From Chloroflexota bacterium (GTDB taxonomy: Bacteria > Chloroflexota > Limnocylindria > Limnocylindrales > CSP1-4): 64,000 bases of DNA. The stretch covers positions 339-64,338 of the forward strand of contig JACPOU010000001.1 of the NCBI GenBank assembly GCA_016191345.1. The letters are read 5' to 3'. The translations under genes were made by a program, and so were the position numbers. Positions 35,009-44,028 of the stretch are shown one piece after another. The number at the start of each line of letters is the position of its first letter. Position 1 is the stretch's first letter. The notes beneath the pieces are model-generated. The model was not told where the DNA came from. It made no database searches and saw nothing but the letters and a program-made list of their open reading frames with translations.

Positions 35009-36243
35009 AGGTTCTCCACGTCTCGGACGCCGACCTCCCGGCACGTCGCTTCAATGGCTATGACCTCATCGCCGATCTTGCGACGAGGGGCGTCCAGGGC
35101 AGGCAAGCGGTCCTGAGGAAGTCGAGCCGGAATCCCGATGTCGTGTCACTGTTCGCCGGCCGAGGCGACGAAGACCTTCAGTTCAGGATCCAGGAGATCG
35201 AGCGTCGGCATTCGATCAACAACCTGCTGTTTCCCTGGGGACGCCGTCTCGCCGAGACGGCTGAGTTCAAGGCCGCGGATGTCGTCCACTACCACCTCAT
35301 CCACAACCAGGTCATCTCGCTCTACGACTTGAAGTGGCTCTTCGGATTGAAGCCATCGGTCTGGACATTCCATGACCCCTGGCCGCTCACGGGTCACTGC
35401 GTGCACCCGATGGGTTGCGAGGGCTGGCTGAACGGGTGCGACCCTTGCCCCTTCCTCGATCGGCTGTTCCCGCTCCTTCACGATCACGCGGACCAGATGT
35501 GGCGCGCCAAGAAGCGGCTGTTCTCCGAGGTCGATGTCGACGTCGTCGTGGCTTCGGAGTGGATGCGCGACATGGTTCGGCGCAGCCCGGTCACCTCGCA
35601 CCTCGAGAATGTCCATCTCATCCCCTTCGGGATCGACACGCGCCTCTTCCCGCCGGATGACGCACAGGCGAGCAGCCGCCGGCGCCTCGGGATTCCGGGC
35701 GACGACTTCGTGGTGATGTTCCGAGCCAGCACCTGGGACGTGAAGGGGCTGTCGTACATCGTGGACGCGCTCGCAGCGAGCAAGCCGACGCGACCCACGA
35801 CGTTGCTCACCGTCGGCGAACGCAATCTCGTCGAAGGGCTGCGGCGCGACTATCGGGTCGTGGAGCTCGGATGGGTCGACGACAGGGCCCTCTACCCCCA
35901 GGCATTCTCCGCGTGCGACGTCTTCCTGATGCCCTCATTGGCCGAGGCGTTCGGCCTCATGGCCGTGGAGGCCATGGCCGCAGGGAGACCCGTCGTGTGC
36001 TTCGAGGGCACCGCGCTCCCAGCCGTGACCCACGCACCGGACTGCGGGATCGCGGTCGCGGCTCGCGATCACGTCGCCCTCCGGGCCGCTCTCGATCGAC
36101 TCGCCGGCGATCCGTCCGAGGGTGCCCGGCGTGGCAGATTGGGAGCGGAAATCGCAGCCGAGGAATACGGCTACGAAAAGCACCTCGACGCGATGGCGGA
36201 ACTCTATGGAGCCGTCCTGGAGCGGCAATCGAGACAGGCTTGA
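35005..36243 (+). CDS. Glycosyltransferase family 4 (GT-B)
   Basis: The C-terminal motif is PSLAEAFGLMAVEAMAAGRPVVCFEG. The N-terminal domain has the Cys-rich segment HDPWPLTGHCVHP...C..GC..CP. Confidence 0.8.
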   Translation: MKVLHVSDADLPARRFNGYDLIADLATRGVQGRQAVLRKSSRNPDVVSLFAGRGDEDLQFRIQEIERRHSINNLLFPWGRRLAETAEFKAADVVHYHLIHNQVISLYDLKWLFGLKPSVWTFHDPWPLTGHCVHPMGCEGWLNGCDPCPFLDRLFPLLHDHADQMWRAKKRLFSEVDVDVVVASEWMRDMVRRSPVTSHLENVHLIPFGIDTRLFPPDDAQASSRRRLGIPGDDFVVMFRASTWDVKGLSYIVDALAASKPTRPTTLLTVGERNLVEGLRRDYRVVELGWVDDRALYPQAFSACDVFLMPSLAEAFGLMAVEAMAAGRPVVCFEGTALPAVTHAPDCGIAVAARDHVALRAALDRLAGDPSEGARRGRLGAEIAAEEYGYEKHLDAMAELYGAVLERQSRQA

Positions 36244-36264
36244 AACTGGGACGAGGGACGCCGG

Positions 36265-37212
36265 TCAGGCCTCCACGTCCTCGCTGGGCGCCCTCCCGAC
36301 TCGATGCGACAGGGCGGCGAGAGTGACTTTCGCAGTCCGCGCAAGGCGCTTCGCCCGCCGATGTCCCAGCACGCGGACGACAGATTGGCGGATCGTGCGG
36401 CGGATCTTCGCCGATGGTCGACGAAGCTCATCGATCTTGAGCTCCAGCTCGCGAATGCGATGGGTGACCGCGTCACCCTCCGCTGCTGACAGCTCGAAGT
36501 CACGTCTCAGGTCGGAGACGAGGCGAATGTCCGAGCGGTAGGCGGTCTCCAATCTTGCGGACTTCTGGGACCCAGTTCTCCGGAAGAGGGACAGTGGTTT
36601 CGGCAGGTAGCGATGACGTGCTCCCATCGCCATTGCCCGAAGCCAGAAGTCGTAGTCCTCTCCGAACGTACCAGCGCGGTAGCCTCCGACCGAGGCGAAG
36701 AGATCGCGACGATACGCGGCGCCAACGCTGTAGAAGCAGCAGCGAATCACCTCGCTCAGTTGGAGCGAGCGCACGTCCGCTCCCTCCCAGGGCCCGTCGC
36801 ACAACTCCTGGTAGTCGCCTGGCCACCAGAAGTAGCCGCTCGTCGAGTAGATGTCGTACCCGGGCTCGCGCTCGATGAATGCGGACACCTCGGACAGGTG
36901 CTCCGGCAGGAGGATGTCGTCCGCCGAGCAGATGACCACGTACAGGCCCGCAGCTGCGCCGACACCGGTGTTGTAGGCACCGGCCGTTCCGGCGTTGTCC
37001 TGGTGGATCGCGTGGATCCGCGGATCGCGTTGAGCATAGCTCGTGGCGATTCGGAGCGTCTCGTCCTTGGAGCCGTCGTCGACGACGATGCATTCCCAAT
37101 CGGCGAACGTCTGGGCCAGCACCGCATCAAGCGTCTCGCCGAGCGTCGATGCCGCCTGGTACGCCGGCACGACGATGGAGAAGCGCGGTGGGGATGTCGT
37201 CGCGGTCTCCAC
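36265..37212 (-). CDS. Glycosyltransferase family 2 (GT-A)
   Basis: Contains FSIVVPAYQAASTLGETLDAVLAQTF...CIVVDDGSKD. I chose the GTG start at 37212, 2 nt after the upstream stop; an alternative ATG at 37266 would overlap the upstream gene. Confidence 0.8.
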   Translation of the reverse strand: METATTSPPRFSIVVPAYQAASTLGETLDAVLAQTFADWECIVVDDGSKDETLRIATSYAQRDPRIHAIHQDNAGTAGAYNTGVGAAAGLYVVICSADDILLPEHLSEVSAFIEREPGYDIYSTSGYFWWPGDYQELCDGPWEGADVRSLQLSEVIRCCFYSVGAAYRRDLFASVGGYRAGTFGEDYDFWLRAMAMGARHRYLPKPLSLFRRTGSQKSARLETAYRSDIRLVSDLRRDFELSAAEGDAVTHRIRELELKIDELRRPSAKIRRTIRQSVVRVLGHRRAKRLARTAKVTLAALSHRVGRAPSEDVEA

Positions 37213-37214
37213 GA

Positions 37215-38087
37215 TCAGGCGGACCGCTCCCACTCGCCCGCGAGCGTCTTGAGCATGGCTCCCCATGACGGTGGGGTCCAGCCGGTGCGGGCCCGGAAGC
37301 GGGAGCTGTCGAGCGACCGGTCGATGACCGGCTCGTCGACCGGCGTGAGGTTCACCGGCCAGCCCAGGAACCCGGCGAGATCCGCGAGGAGCGTGTGCTT
37401 GTCGATGGGCGAGGCGGCGACGTGCCAGAGCCCGGACAGCGTCGCGTCGGGGAGGACGACATCCCGGACGACCTCCGTGAGGGCCCGCGTCGTCAGCCCA
37501 CTGAAGACGGCCCTCGCGTACCCCTTGAGCGGCTCCGAACGATGCGCCGCGAACCAGGCGACGAGCCCGGTCGGCTCGCCCAGCTGCCAGCCGATGATCG
37601 ACGTCCGGAGCGTCGCGACGTGCGCCAGATCGGCGACCTCGCCCAAGAGCTTGGAGCGTCCGTACAGGTCGAAAGCGTCGGGGACGTCGCTCTCGACGTA
37701 GCCCCCGCGGGAACCGCTGAAGACGCAATCCGTGCTCACGTGGACCATCCGTGCCCCGGCGGCGGCACAGGCCTCGGCCAGCACATGGGGCCACAGGCTG
37801 TTGACGGCAATGGACGGCACGGCCGCCTTCGCCGCCTTCAGCTGCTTGACAATGCCGGCGGCGTTGATGACCAGGTCCGGCTTCACCTGGCCGACGAGCG
37901 CCTCCGCCGTCTCGCGGCGGGTCGCATCGAGCCCCCCGAGGAGGCGCTTCGGTGGGATGCCGAGGTCCGGCAGGTCCTGCGGAGCGCGGCACGCACCCCA
38001 GACTTCGAAGTCGGGGGCGAGCACGCGGACCGCTTCGTGGCCGAGCATCCCGCTGGCGCCCACGACGAGGATCCGGGGCGAGCTCAT
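37215..38087 (-). CDS. RmlD-like SDR reductase, candidate C-4 reductase of the 2-acetamido-2,6-dideoxy-L-hexose pathway
   Basis: The internal ATG at 38087 overlaps the upstream stop (ATGA). It carries ILVVGASGMLG and a YGRSK pair and is ~290 aa. Confidence 0.7.
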   Translation of the reverse strand: MSSPRILVVGASGMLGHEAVRVLAPDFEVWGACRAPQDLPDLGIPPKRLLGGLDATRRETAEALVGQVKPDLVINAAGIVKQLKAAKAAVPSIAVNSLWPHVLAEACAAAGARMVHVSTDCVFSGSRGGYVESDVPDAFDLYGRSKLLGEVADLAHVATLRTSIIGWQLGEPTGLVAWFAAHRSEPLKGYARAVFSGLTTRALTEVVRDVVLPDATLSGLWHVAASPIDKHTLLADLAGFLGWPVNLTPVDEPVIDRSLDSSRFRARTGWTPPSWGAMLKTLAGEWERSA

Positions 38088-39160
38088 GCGATCCCGAGGA
38101 CGATCTTCGCCACGATGTCCGAGACGTTGTCGGCGAGGTACTCGGCCGGCGGCAGCCACGTGCCGGCGGATCGAACCGCGAGGTCGATGGCCGGGAGGAT
38201 GCGATCCGCCTGCACGCCGGCGAGGATGTTGCTGCCGCATTCCACGGTCTCCGGCCGCTCGGTGACGTCCCGCATCGTCACGGTCGGCACCCCGAAGATG
38301 CAGCACTCCTCCTGGACCGTCCCGCTGTCCGAGAGCACGCAGAACGCCTCTTTCTCGAGGCGCACGAAGTCGAACAGGCCCAGCGGCGGCACGAACCTGA
38401 CCTTGCCGGCCTCGATGCCGTACTCCTGCATCCTGTCGGCGGTGCGCGGGTGGAGGGAGGCAACGACCGGCAGGGCGTACTTCTCGATCACCAGGTTGAG
38501 GGCGCTCACCAGCGAGGCGAGCCGACTCGGATCGTCCACGGTCTCGGCCCGATGGGCGGTCACCAGGAAGTACTTCCCTGGCTGGACGCCCAGGTCGGCG
38601 AATGGGTCGGCCGCGTCGATCTGCGCAGCATGGTGGTCCAGCACTTCCTTGATCGGGTTGCCCGTCACGTAGATCCGCTGTCGCTCGATCCCCTCGCGGA
38701 CGAGGTTGGCCGCGCTGCGATGGGTGTACGGCATGAGCACGCTGCTGGAGTGATCGATGACGCGCCGGTTCACCTCTTCGGGAACGCGGTCGTCATAGCA
38801 GCGATTCCCTGCCTCCATGTGGGCGACGCGGATGCCCATCCGCTTCGCGACGAAGGCGGCCAGGCCCGTGTTCGTGTCGCCGAGGACGAGGACGGTGTCG
38901 GGCTGCTCGGCGCGGAACACTTCTTCCGCCTTCGCGAGGATCTGGCCGATCTGTTCGCCGAAGCCCGTCGCCCGGATGCCCATGGCCCGGTCCGGCTTGC
39001 GGACGCCCATGTCCCGAAAGAACATCCCGCTGAGGCGATCGTCGAAGTTCTGGCCCGTGTCCACGAGGACGTGGTCACAGGACTCGTCCAGGCGGGCGAT
39101 GACACGGGACAGGCGGATGATCTCAGGCCTGGTCCCCAGGAGCGTGACGACCTTGGTCAC
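38084..39160 (-). CDS. UDP-N-acetylglucosamine 2-epimerase family (non-hydrolysing; FnlC/CapG/WbvD-like)
   Basis: Contains LLGTRPEIIRLS, VLVLGDTNT and HMEAGNRCYD. The GTG start at 39160 lies 4 nt after the upstream stop. Confidence 0.85.
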   Translation of the reverse strand: MTKVVTLLGTRPEIIRLSRVIARLDESCDHVLVDTGQNFDDRLSGMFFRDMGVRKPDRAMGIRATGFGEQIGQILAKAEEVFRAEQPDTVLVLGDTNTGLAAFVAKRMGIRVAHMEAGNRCYDDRVPEEVNRRVIDHSSSVLMPYTHRSAANLVREGIERQRIYVTGNPIKEVLDHHAAQIDAADPFADLGVQPGKYFLVTAHRAETVDDPSRLASLVSALNLVIEKYALPVVASLHPRTADRMQEYGIEAGKVRFVPPLGLFDFVRLEKEAFCVLSDSGTVQEECCIFGVPTVTMRDVTERPETVECGSNILAGVQADRILPAIDLAVRSAGTWLPPAEYLADNVSDIVAKIVLGIA

Positions 39161-39164
39161 GGCC

Positions 39165-40217
39165 CTATCCCAGGTGCTGGTAGGCGGTGGCTTCGGGCAC
39201 CTTCCGGCGGAGGAAGTCGCCGAGCTCATCGATGTCCATCAGGTTACCCGCGGAGCTGTACTCGCCCACGAGGGCGGGCTCGGGCACCGGCGCCGCGAGC
39301 TCGGGCAGCATCGCCCGGACGGCGAAGTAGCCATCGGCACCGTGGACCGTCCGGGTCGCCTCCTCCTCCGAGAGCAGGATCTCGTGGATCTTCTCGCCTG
39401 GGCGAATCCCCGTGATGACCGTCTCGATCGGACGATCCCCAATCAGGAATGCGGCGAGGTCGGTCATCTTGGCGCTGCGGCAGCGGGGAATGTACGTCTC
39501 GCCGGCCCCAGCCGAACGGACCGCCGCGAAGATCGTGTCCACGGCATCCTCGAGTGTCAGGAGGAAGCGCGTCATGTCCGCCGTCGTGATCGTGACCGGC
39601 CCGCCGGCCGCGATCTGGTCAAGGAAGAGAGGGACCACCGAGCCGCGGGAGGCCAGGACGTTGCCGTAGCGAGCACAGATGAACCGGGTCGCCGGATGGT
39701 GGAGGTTCCCGTCGATGTAGACGCGCTCCTGGATTGCCTTCGTCATGCCCATGACGTTGACCGGCTTGCAGGCCTTGTCGGTCGAGATGCCGACCACGGT
39801 CTCGATCGGAAGGTCGAGCTCGGAGATGGCGCGAACGAGGTTGACCGCTCCCTCGATGTTCGTCTGGCACGCTTCCCACGGGAAGTACTCGCAGCTGGGG
39901 ACCTGCTTGAGCGCAGCGGCGCCAAAGACGATGTCCGCGTCGCGGGCCGCCCGGGCGAGACTCGAGTAGTCGCGGACGTCTCCGATCACGAACTTGAGGC
40001 GCTGGCGCGAGTTCTCGAAGATCACCTCGTCGGTGGCGGAGGTCCGCTGCATGAAGTCCAGGCGCATGTAGTGCTGCTTGGCTTCGTCACGCGAGAAGAC
40101 GGTGACGCTCTCGGGCGTGCCCTCAGCCCCAGACAGGAGCCGACGCGCGAGCACCTGCCCCAGCGAACCAGTGCCGCCGGTGATGAGGACTCGTCTTCCG
40201 TGGAAGGTCAATGTCAT
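39165..40217 (-). CDS. UDP-GlcNAc 4,6-dehydratase/5-epimerase, FnlA/CapE/WbvB-like (polysaccharide biosynthesis protein CapD family)
   Basis: Contains VLITGGTGSLG, FVIGDVRDY and AAALKQVPSCEYFP. It has the CapE-type MGxxK (NVMGMTKA) in place of YxxxK. Confidence 0.8.
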   Translation of the reverse strand: MTLTFHGRRVLITGGTGSLGQVLARRLLSGAEGTPESVTVFSRDEAKQHYMRLDFMQRTSATDEVIFENSRQRLKFVIGDVRDYSSLARAARDADIVFGAAALKQVPSCEYFPWEACQTNIEGAVNLVRAISELDLPIETVVGISTDKACKPVNVMGMTKAIQERVYIDGNLHHPATRFICARYGNVLASRGSVVPLFLDQIAAGGPVTITTADMTRFLLTLEDAVDTIFAAVRSAGAGETYIPRCRSAKMTDLAAFLIGDRPIETVITGIRPGEKIHEILLSEEEATRTVHGADGYFAVRAMLPELAAPVPEPALVGEYSSAGNLMDIDELGDFLRRKVPEATAYQHLG

Positions 40218-40396
40218 TCGCCGACAACCCCAGTCCCGCCTGTCATGCACGCAGCCATCGATGCGATCCCGATTCTAGATGTACTGCCCGAACACGGTTG
40301 CTCACATCCCGCACACTACACGGCAAACGTGTCCGGCCAGTCACTCTGTCCTTGGGCAACGGCTACGCGACACGCCGCGCGGGGGAACCAGGCAAC

Positions 40397-41368
40397 GTGA
40401 CCAACGCGATCAAGAAGCTCGGAAAGGCCGTCCTCTCGGCCATCGCTTCCAGCCCGCCGCAGGTGGCGCTGGTCACCTGGATGGCGCGGTCCGGAGCTGG
40501 GACGGACGCCAGTCTGAAGAAGGGGTCACTCCCCCTACCGGTCCACTACTACTCCCCGGTTCCCGACATCGAGGACCTGGTGCGACGGGACGTGTGGGCC
40601 CGTCGGAGCGAGCTGCCCGGCGTCGACTTCCAACCCGATGAGCAGGTCCGCTACCTGCTGGAGCTCGGACGCCGGTTCGGAGAGGAGTGCGACTGGCCGC
40701 CGGAACCGACCACTGATCCGACCGAATTCCACACCGAGAACATGTCGTTCAGTTTTGGTTGCGCCGCCGCTGCCCACTGCGTGATTCGGGCCAGCAAGCC
40801 ACGACGGCTCATCGAGATCGGCTCCGGGATGTCGTCGATGATCCTTTCCGCTGCCTTGGCGCAGAACGAGCGTGATGGCGCGAGTCCCGCGGAATACACG
40901 GTCATCGACCCGTACCCGTCGCAGCGTCTTGGCGATCTGACGGGCACCAAGCCCAAGGTACTCGCGAGTCGTGTCGAACTCGTCGACGTCGAGATGTTCC
41001 AGCAGCTGGATCGCGACGACATCCTCTTCATCGACTCGGGTCATGTCGTCCGCATCGGCGGCGACGTGAACTTCCTGCTCCTGGACATCCTGCCGCGACT
41101 AAGGCCCGGGGTGGTCGTTCACTTCCACGATATCGGCCTCCCCTACGAATACCCAAGAGTCTATGCAACCAACCCGTCCTTCCGCGTGTTCTGGACCGAG
41201 GCGTATCTCCTTCAGGCATTCCTTGCCTTCAATCAAGCGTATGAAATACGACTTGGAATGGCCTACCTGACCCAAGAGCATGGCGATGTGATCCGTGCGG
41301 CGTTCCCTTGGTATGACCCCGCTCGTCACAGGGCTTCGAGCGGCAGCTTTTGGATTGCCCGTCGTTGA
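40397..41368 (+). CDS. Class I SAM-dependent methyltransferase
   Basis: Motif I reads LIEIGSGMSS, followed by VIDPYP and FIDSGH. The GTG start at 40397 is inferred; the ORF is open from 40211. Confidence 0.65.
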   Translation: MTNAIKKLGKAVLSAIASSPPQVALVTWMARSGAGTDASLKKGSLPLPVHYYSPVPDIEDLVRRDVWARRSELPGVDFQPDEQVRYLLELGRRFGEECDWPPEPTTDPTEFHTENMSFSFGCAAAAHCVIRASKPRRLIEIGSGMSSMILSAALAQNERDGASPAEYTVIDPYPSQRLGDLTGTKPKVLASRVELVDVEMFQQLDRDDILFIDSGHVVRIGGDVNFLLLDILPRLRPGVVVHFHDIGLPYEYPRVYATNPSFRVFWTEAYLLQAFLAFNQAYEIRLGMAYLTQEHGDVIRAAFPWYDPARHRASSGSFWIARR

Positions 41369-41520
41369 CCCCTTGACTTGACGTCGTGGACTTCGACCGA
41401 ACGTTTCGGAATACGGCTCGAACGGGGCCTCTAATCGGGAGTCTTTGAGCCAGGCGTCGAAGTACTCGGCACCCACGGTTGGGCGCGCCTCAGGTATGAG
41501 GGCGCGTCCCTGTCGCGACG

Positions 41521-42708
41521 TCATGTCATTGACCCGGCTCTCTCGAGGAGGGTTGCGGACATCTCTGTCACGAAGTGTCCCTGGGTGAATCGCTCGGCAT
41601 CGCCCGATCCGATGAACCTGGTTGCAGCAACGCGGTATCGCTCTGCAGCGTCCGGCGCAATCGAGCGGATGAATGCCTCCAGAGCGTGCCCATCGCGGAA
41701 GTCTCGAGCGTCAATGAATGCGTCTGAGGGGACAAGACTGGTGATGTCGGGTGCGCCGAGGTAGATCGGGATGCAGCCCGCCTGAAAGCAATCGAAGATC
41801 TTCTCCGTGACGTACCCTGGGAAGGCGGTGTTCTCGAAGCAGAGTGCGAATTTGTAGTTCGCGAGAACAGAGATCTTGGCCAGGGCCGGGAGTTCTCCTC
41901 GGTACGACCGCGCGACCGCTTCCGTTTCGGGACGGGACAGCGTCGAGCTGTCAGCCCATCCCCGTCCGTACAGGTCGAAGTCCGGTGAATGAGAGAAGTG
42001 TCGGATGGCGTCCAAGCGATCCTTATAGAGCTCGCTGGCCAACCAACGCTCGCTGCGGCGCAGGCGCGAAAGCCGACCTGCGGCAATGAGGTTCCGTGCC
42101 GTCTGACGTGGGTGACGGGGTCTGACCATACGAGACGGGGGGACGAAGATGCGCTTGTTGCTGTTGATCAGCACCAGGAAGCCGCGCTCCGACCACGGTC
42201 GCTCTGTGGTCGGAGTCCAGAAGTGGGTCTCCGGATACGGCCATGAGATCTCGTGGAACGTCGCATGGCCGACGGCCATGTCTCGCATGCCGGCCCACAG
42301 GAACACATGGGAGAAGCGTTCGGCGACTTCGCGAAGCCGCTTGTAGAAGTCGATAGCGACGATTGGTGACTCCAACGACATGCACGCGACGGGAATCACC
42401 GATTCGAGTGAGAGCAGCTCATCCGTGAAGCGCGTCAGTTCGTTGGAGAGACAGATGGCTGGGCGATTCCTCTCGCTGCCGGCGAGGAATAGGTCGGCGG
42501 TGACCGTTTCGAGACCTTCCTTGCGAAGTACGGCTCCAAGTGCCGCGAAAGCCTCGGCGCCTGGATACTGACGCGCGTGCTCGGCGTCAAACACGCGATT
42601 GGCAAGGAAGGGAGGAATGTCGACGTCAAAGACAAACGTTGGCCGATTCACTCGTTCGGGTCCCGCGTTTGCGCCGAGGACGCGATTAGAGGGGCTGATC
42701 GCCTGCAC
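41521..42708 (-). CDS. Glycosyltransferase family 10-like (alpha-1,3/4-fucosyltransferase-like)
   Basis: The C-terminal YKFALCFENTAFPGYVTEKIFDCFQAGCIPIYLG matches the GT10 FEN...YVTEK signature. I chose GTG 42708, which is preceded by AAGGAGGG; ATG 42756 is also possible. Confidence 0.75.
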   Translation of the reverse strand: MQAISPSNRVLGANAGPERVNRPTFVFDVDIPPFLANRVFDAEHARQYPGAEAFAALGAVLRKEGLETVTADLFLAGSERNRPAICLSNELTRFTDELLSLESVIPVACMSLESPIVAIDFYKRLREVAERFSHVFLWAGMRDMAVGHATFHEISWPYPETHFWTPTTERPWSERGFLVLINSNKRIFVPPSRMVRPRHPRQTARNLIAAGRLSRLRRSERWLASELYKDRLDAIRHFSHSPDFDLYGRGWADSSTLSRPETEAVARSYRGELPALAKISVLANYKFALCFENTAFPGYVTEKIFDCFQAGCIPIYLGAPDITSLVPSDAFIDARDFRDGHALEAFIRSIAPDAAERYRVAATRFIGSGDAERFTQGHFVTEMSATLLERAGSMT

Positions 42709-43735
42709 GGTCCCTCCTTCGCGACAAGAGCCATCGCTTAACGGCCCGCGCGGCATCGATCGTCGCGGGGACTACCCGCTGCCCGTCCGCCCGCGTCATC
42801 GTTGCGAGATCTTGAGCCGTCACGTCGCCGCGACGCAGGACTCCGCTTCGGATGCACCTCCGTATGAACGTCGCCGTGCCGACACGGTCATCAGGCGCGA
42901 GGCGGGAGTAGCCGTAGTGAATGAGGAAGTAGACCGAGTGCCGATAGAAGAGCTCCTGGTCGCCCGGAGCCCAATTCGTGGGGAAGGCGTCTCGGTACGA
43001 CCGCATGAGCTCGATCAGGTTACTCGCGGATAGTTTCCCTCGATTCGTGTCCTGTCCGGGATGGTGCCGGTACAACACCAGTGGGGCTCGAATGAGGGCG
43101 GTCTTGCCGTGCCGTGCCACGTCAAGGAGGAATGGGCGATCCCAGATGATTCCAAACCGCGACTCGTCGAGTCCGACCATGTTCAAGACTGACGAGCGAT
43201 ACATCGTTGAGCCGAAACAAAGGCCCCCACCCTCCAGGAGAGAACGAGCCAGATCCGCCCTGTCGTGGTAGATCTCCGTTATGGGCGTGACGCCTTCCCA
43301 TGCATGTCGCGGCGGTGGCACGCCATCATCGAACGCGGCGAGCTCCGTCGAAACGAATTGGAGTGTCGGATCGCTCTCGAGTAGGTCGTACTGCCACTCA
43401 AGCATGTTCGGATGCATCAAGTCGTCGTCGTGGAAGACGACGACAAACTCCGAATCGGAATAGGAGCGCATCGCCTTTTCAATGTTCCCCGCCGGCCCCA
43501 GATTGGTGTCGTTGCGGATGTACGTGATGCGCATGTCTCGAAAGCGATCGAGCACGTCCAAGTAGTCAGCAGCGCTCGCATTATCTAGGACGACGAGGCG
43601 AAATCCATGCAGCGTCTGTGCCGCCACGGAGGCTAGGCATTCGCCTAGGTAGTCAGGTCGGTCGAACGTGGTGATCACGAGAGTCAGGCGACTGCTTGGC
43701 TCCAATGCCAACGACGTTCCCGCCTTTCCGATCAT
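42686..43735 (-). CDS. Glycosyltransferase family 2 (GT-A)
   Basis: Contains LTLVITTFDRPDYLGECLASVAAQT...VVLDNAS and a DDD region (VVFHDDDLM). Confidence 0.8.
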   Translation of the reverse strand: MIGKAGTSLALEPSSRLTLVITTFDRPDYLGECLASVAAQTLHGFRLVVLDNASAADYLDVLDRFRDMRITYIRNDTNLGPAGNIEKAMRSYSDSEFVVVFHDDDLMHPNMLEWQYDLLESDPTLQFVSTELAAFDDGVPPPRHAWEGVTPITEIYHDRADLARSLLEGGGLCFGSTMYRSSVLNMVGLDESRFGIIWDRPFLLDVARHGKTALIRAPLVLYRHHPGQDTNRGKLSASNLIELMRSYRDAFPTNWAPGDQELFYRHSVYFLIHYGYSRLAPDDRVGTATFIRRCIRSGVLRRGDVTAQDLATMTRADGQRVVPATIDAARAVKRWLLSRRRDRAGDQPL

Positions 43736-43759
43736 GACCAGCCCCGTCCCGCCCAGCCA

Positions 43760-43785
43760 GGCAACCTCCTGCCCTGGAGGTTGCC
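43760..43785. promoter_or_regulatory. Perfect 10-bp inverted repeat GGCAACCTCC-N6-GGAGGTTGCC in a divergent intergenic region
   Basis: Read directly from the sequence. It lies 25 nt upstream of the GT2 start (43735) and about 245 nt upstream of the ThDP-enzyme start. Its function as an operator or a 5'-UTR hairpin is unknown. Confidence 0.4.
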
Positions 43786-44028
43786 TCAGAGTACAGGTTG
43801 TGGTCGTCGGTGGGCTCGAAACCGAGAGCCCGCGTCAAGGATCGCCTCCTGCTGGATGGTCGGCGAGCGTCCGATCACCATCCGGGGGCTGAACTCGCGC
43901 GTCGATGAGGCGAATCGGCGCTCACCGGAGCGACGTCCGCCCTATCCCTATAGAGTGGACGAGCACAGGGCCGACCCGAACTCGCTCATGTTTCGGCCGT
44001 GGCAGGGTTCGCAGAGGGAACAAGGTCG

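Noticed and set aside
34587-35054. Long N-terminal extensions of several glycosyltransferase and SDR ORFs in the track: 33444..35054, 36265..37992, 37215..38306, 51419..52831 and 52270..53523
   Set aside because: The extensions read through the neighbouring upstream genes in another frame and are low complexity. Internal ATG or GTG starts that abut or overlap the upstream stop codon give proteins of normal family length.
41099-41524. 141-aa minus-strand ORF whose ATG overlaps the GT10 stop codon (ATGA)
   Set aside because: The overlap is suggestive of coupling. However, 270 nt of the ORF run antisense through the 3' end of the well-supported methyltransferase gene, and the peptide has no recognisable features. 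It is probably spurious.
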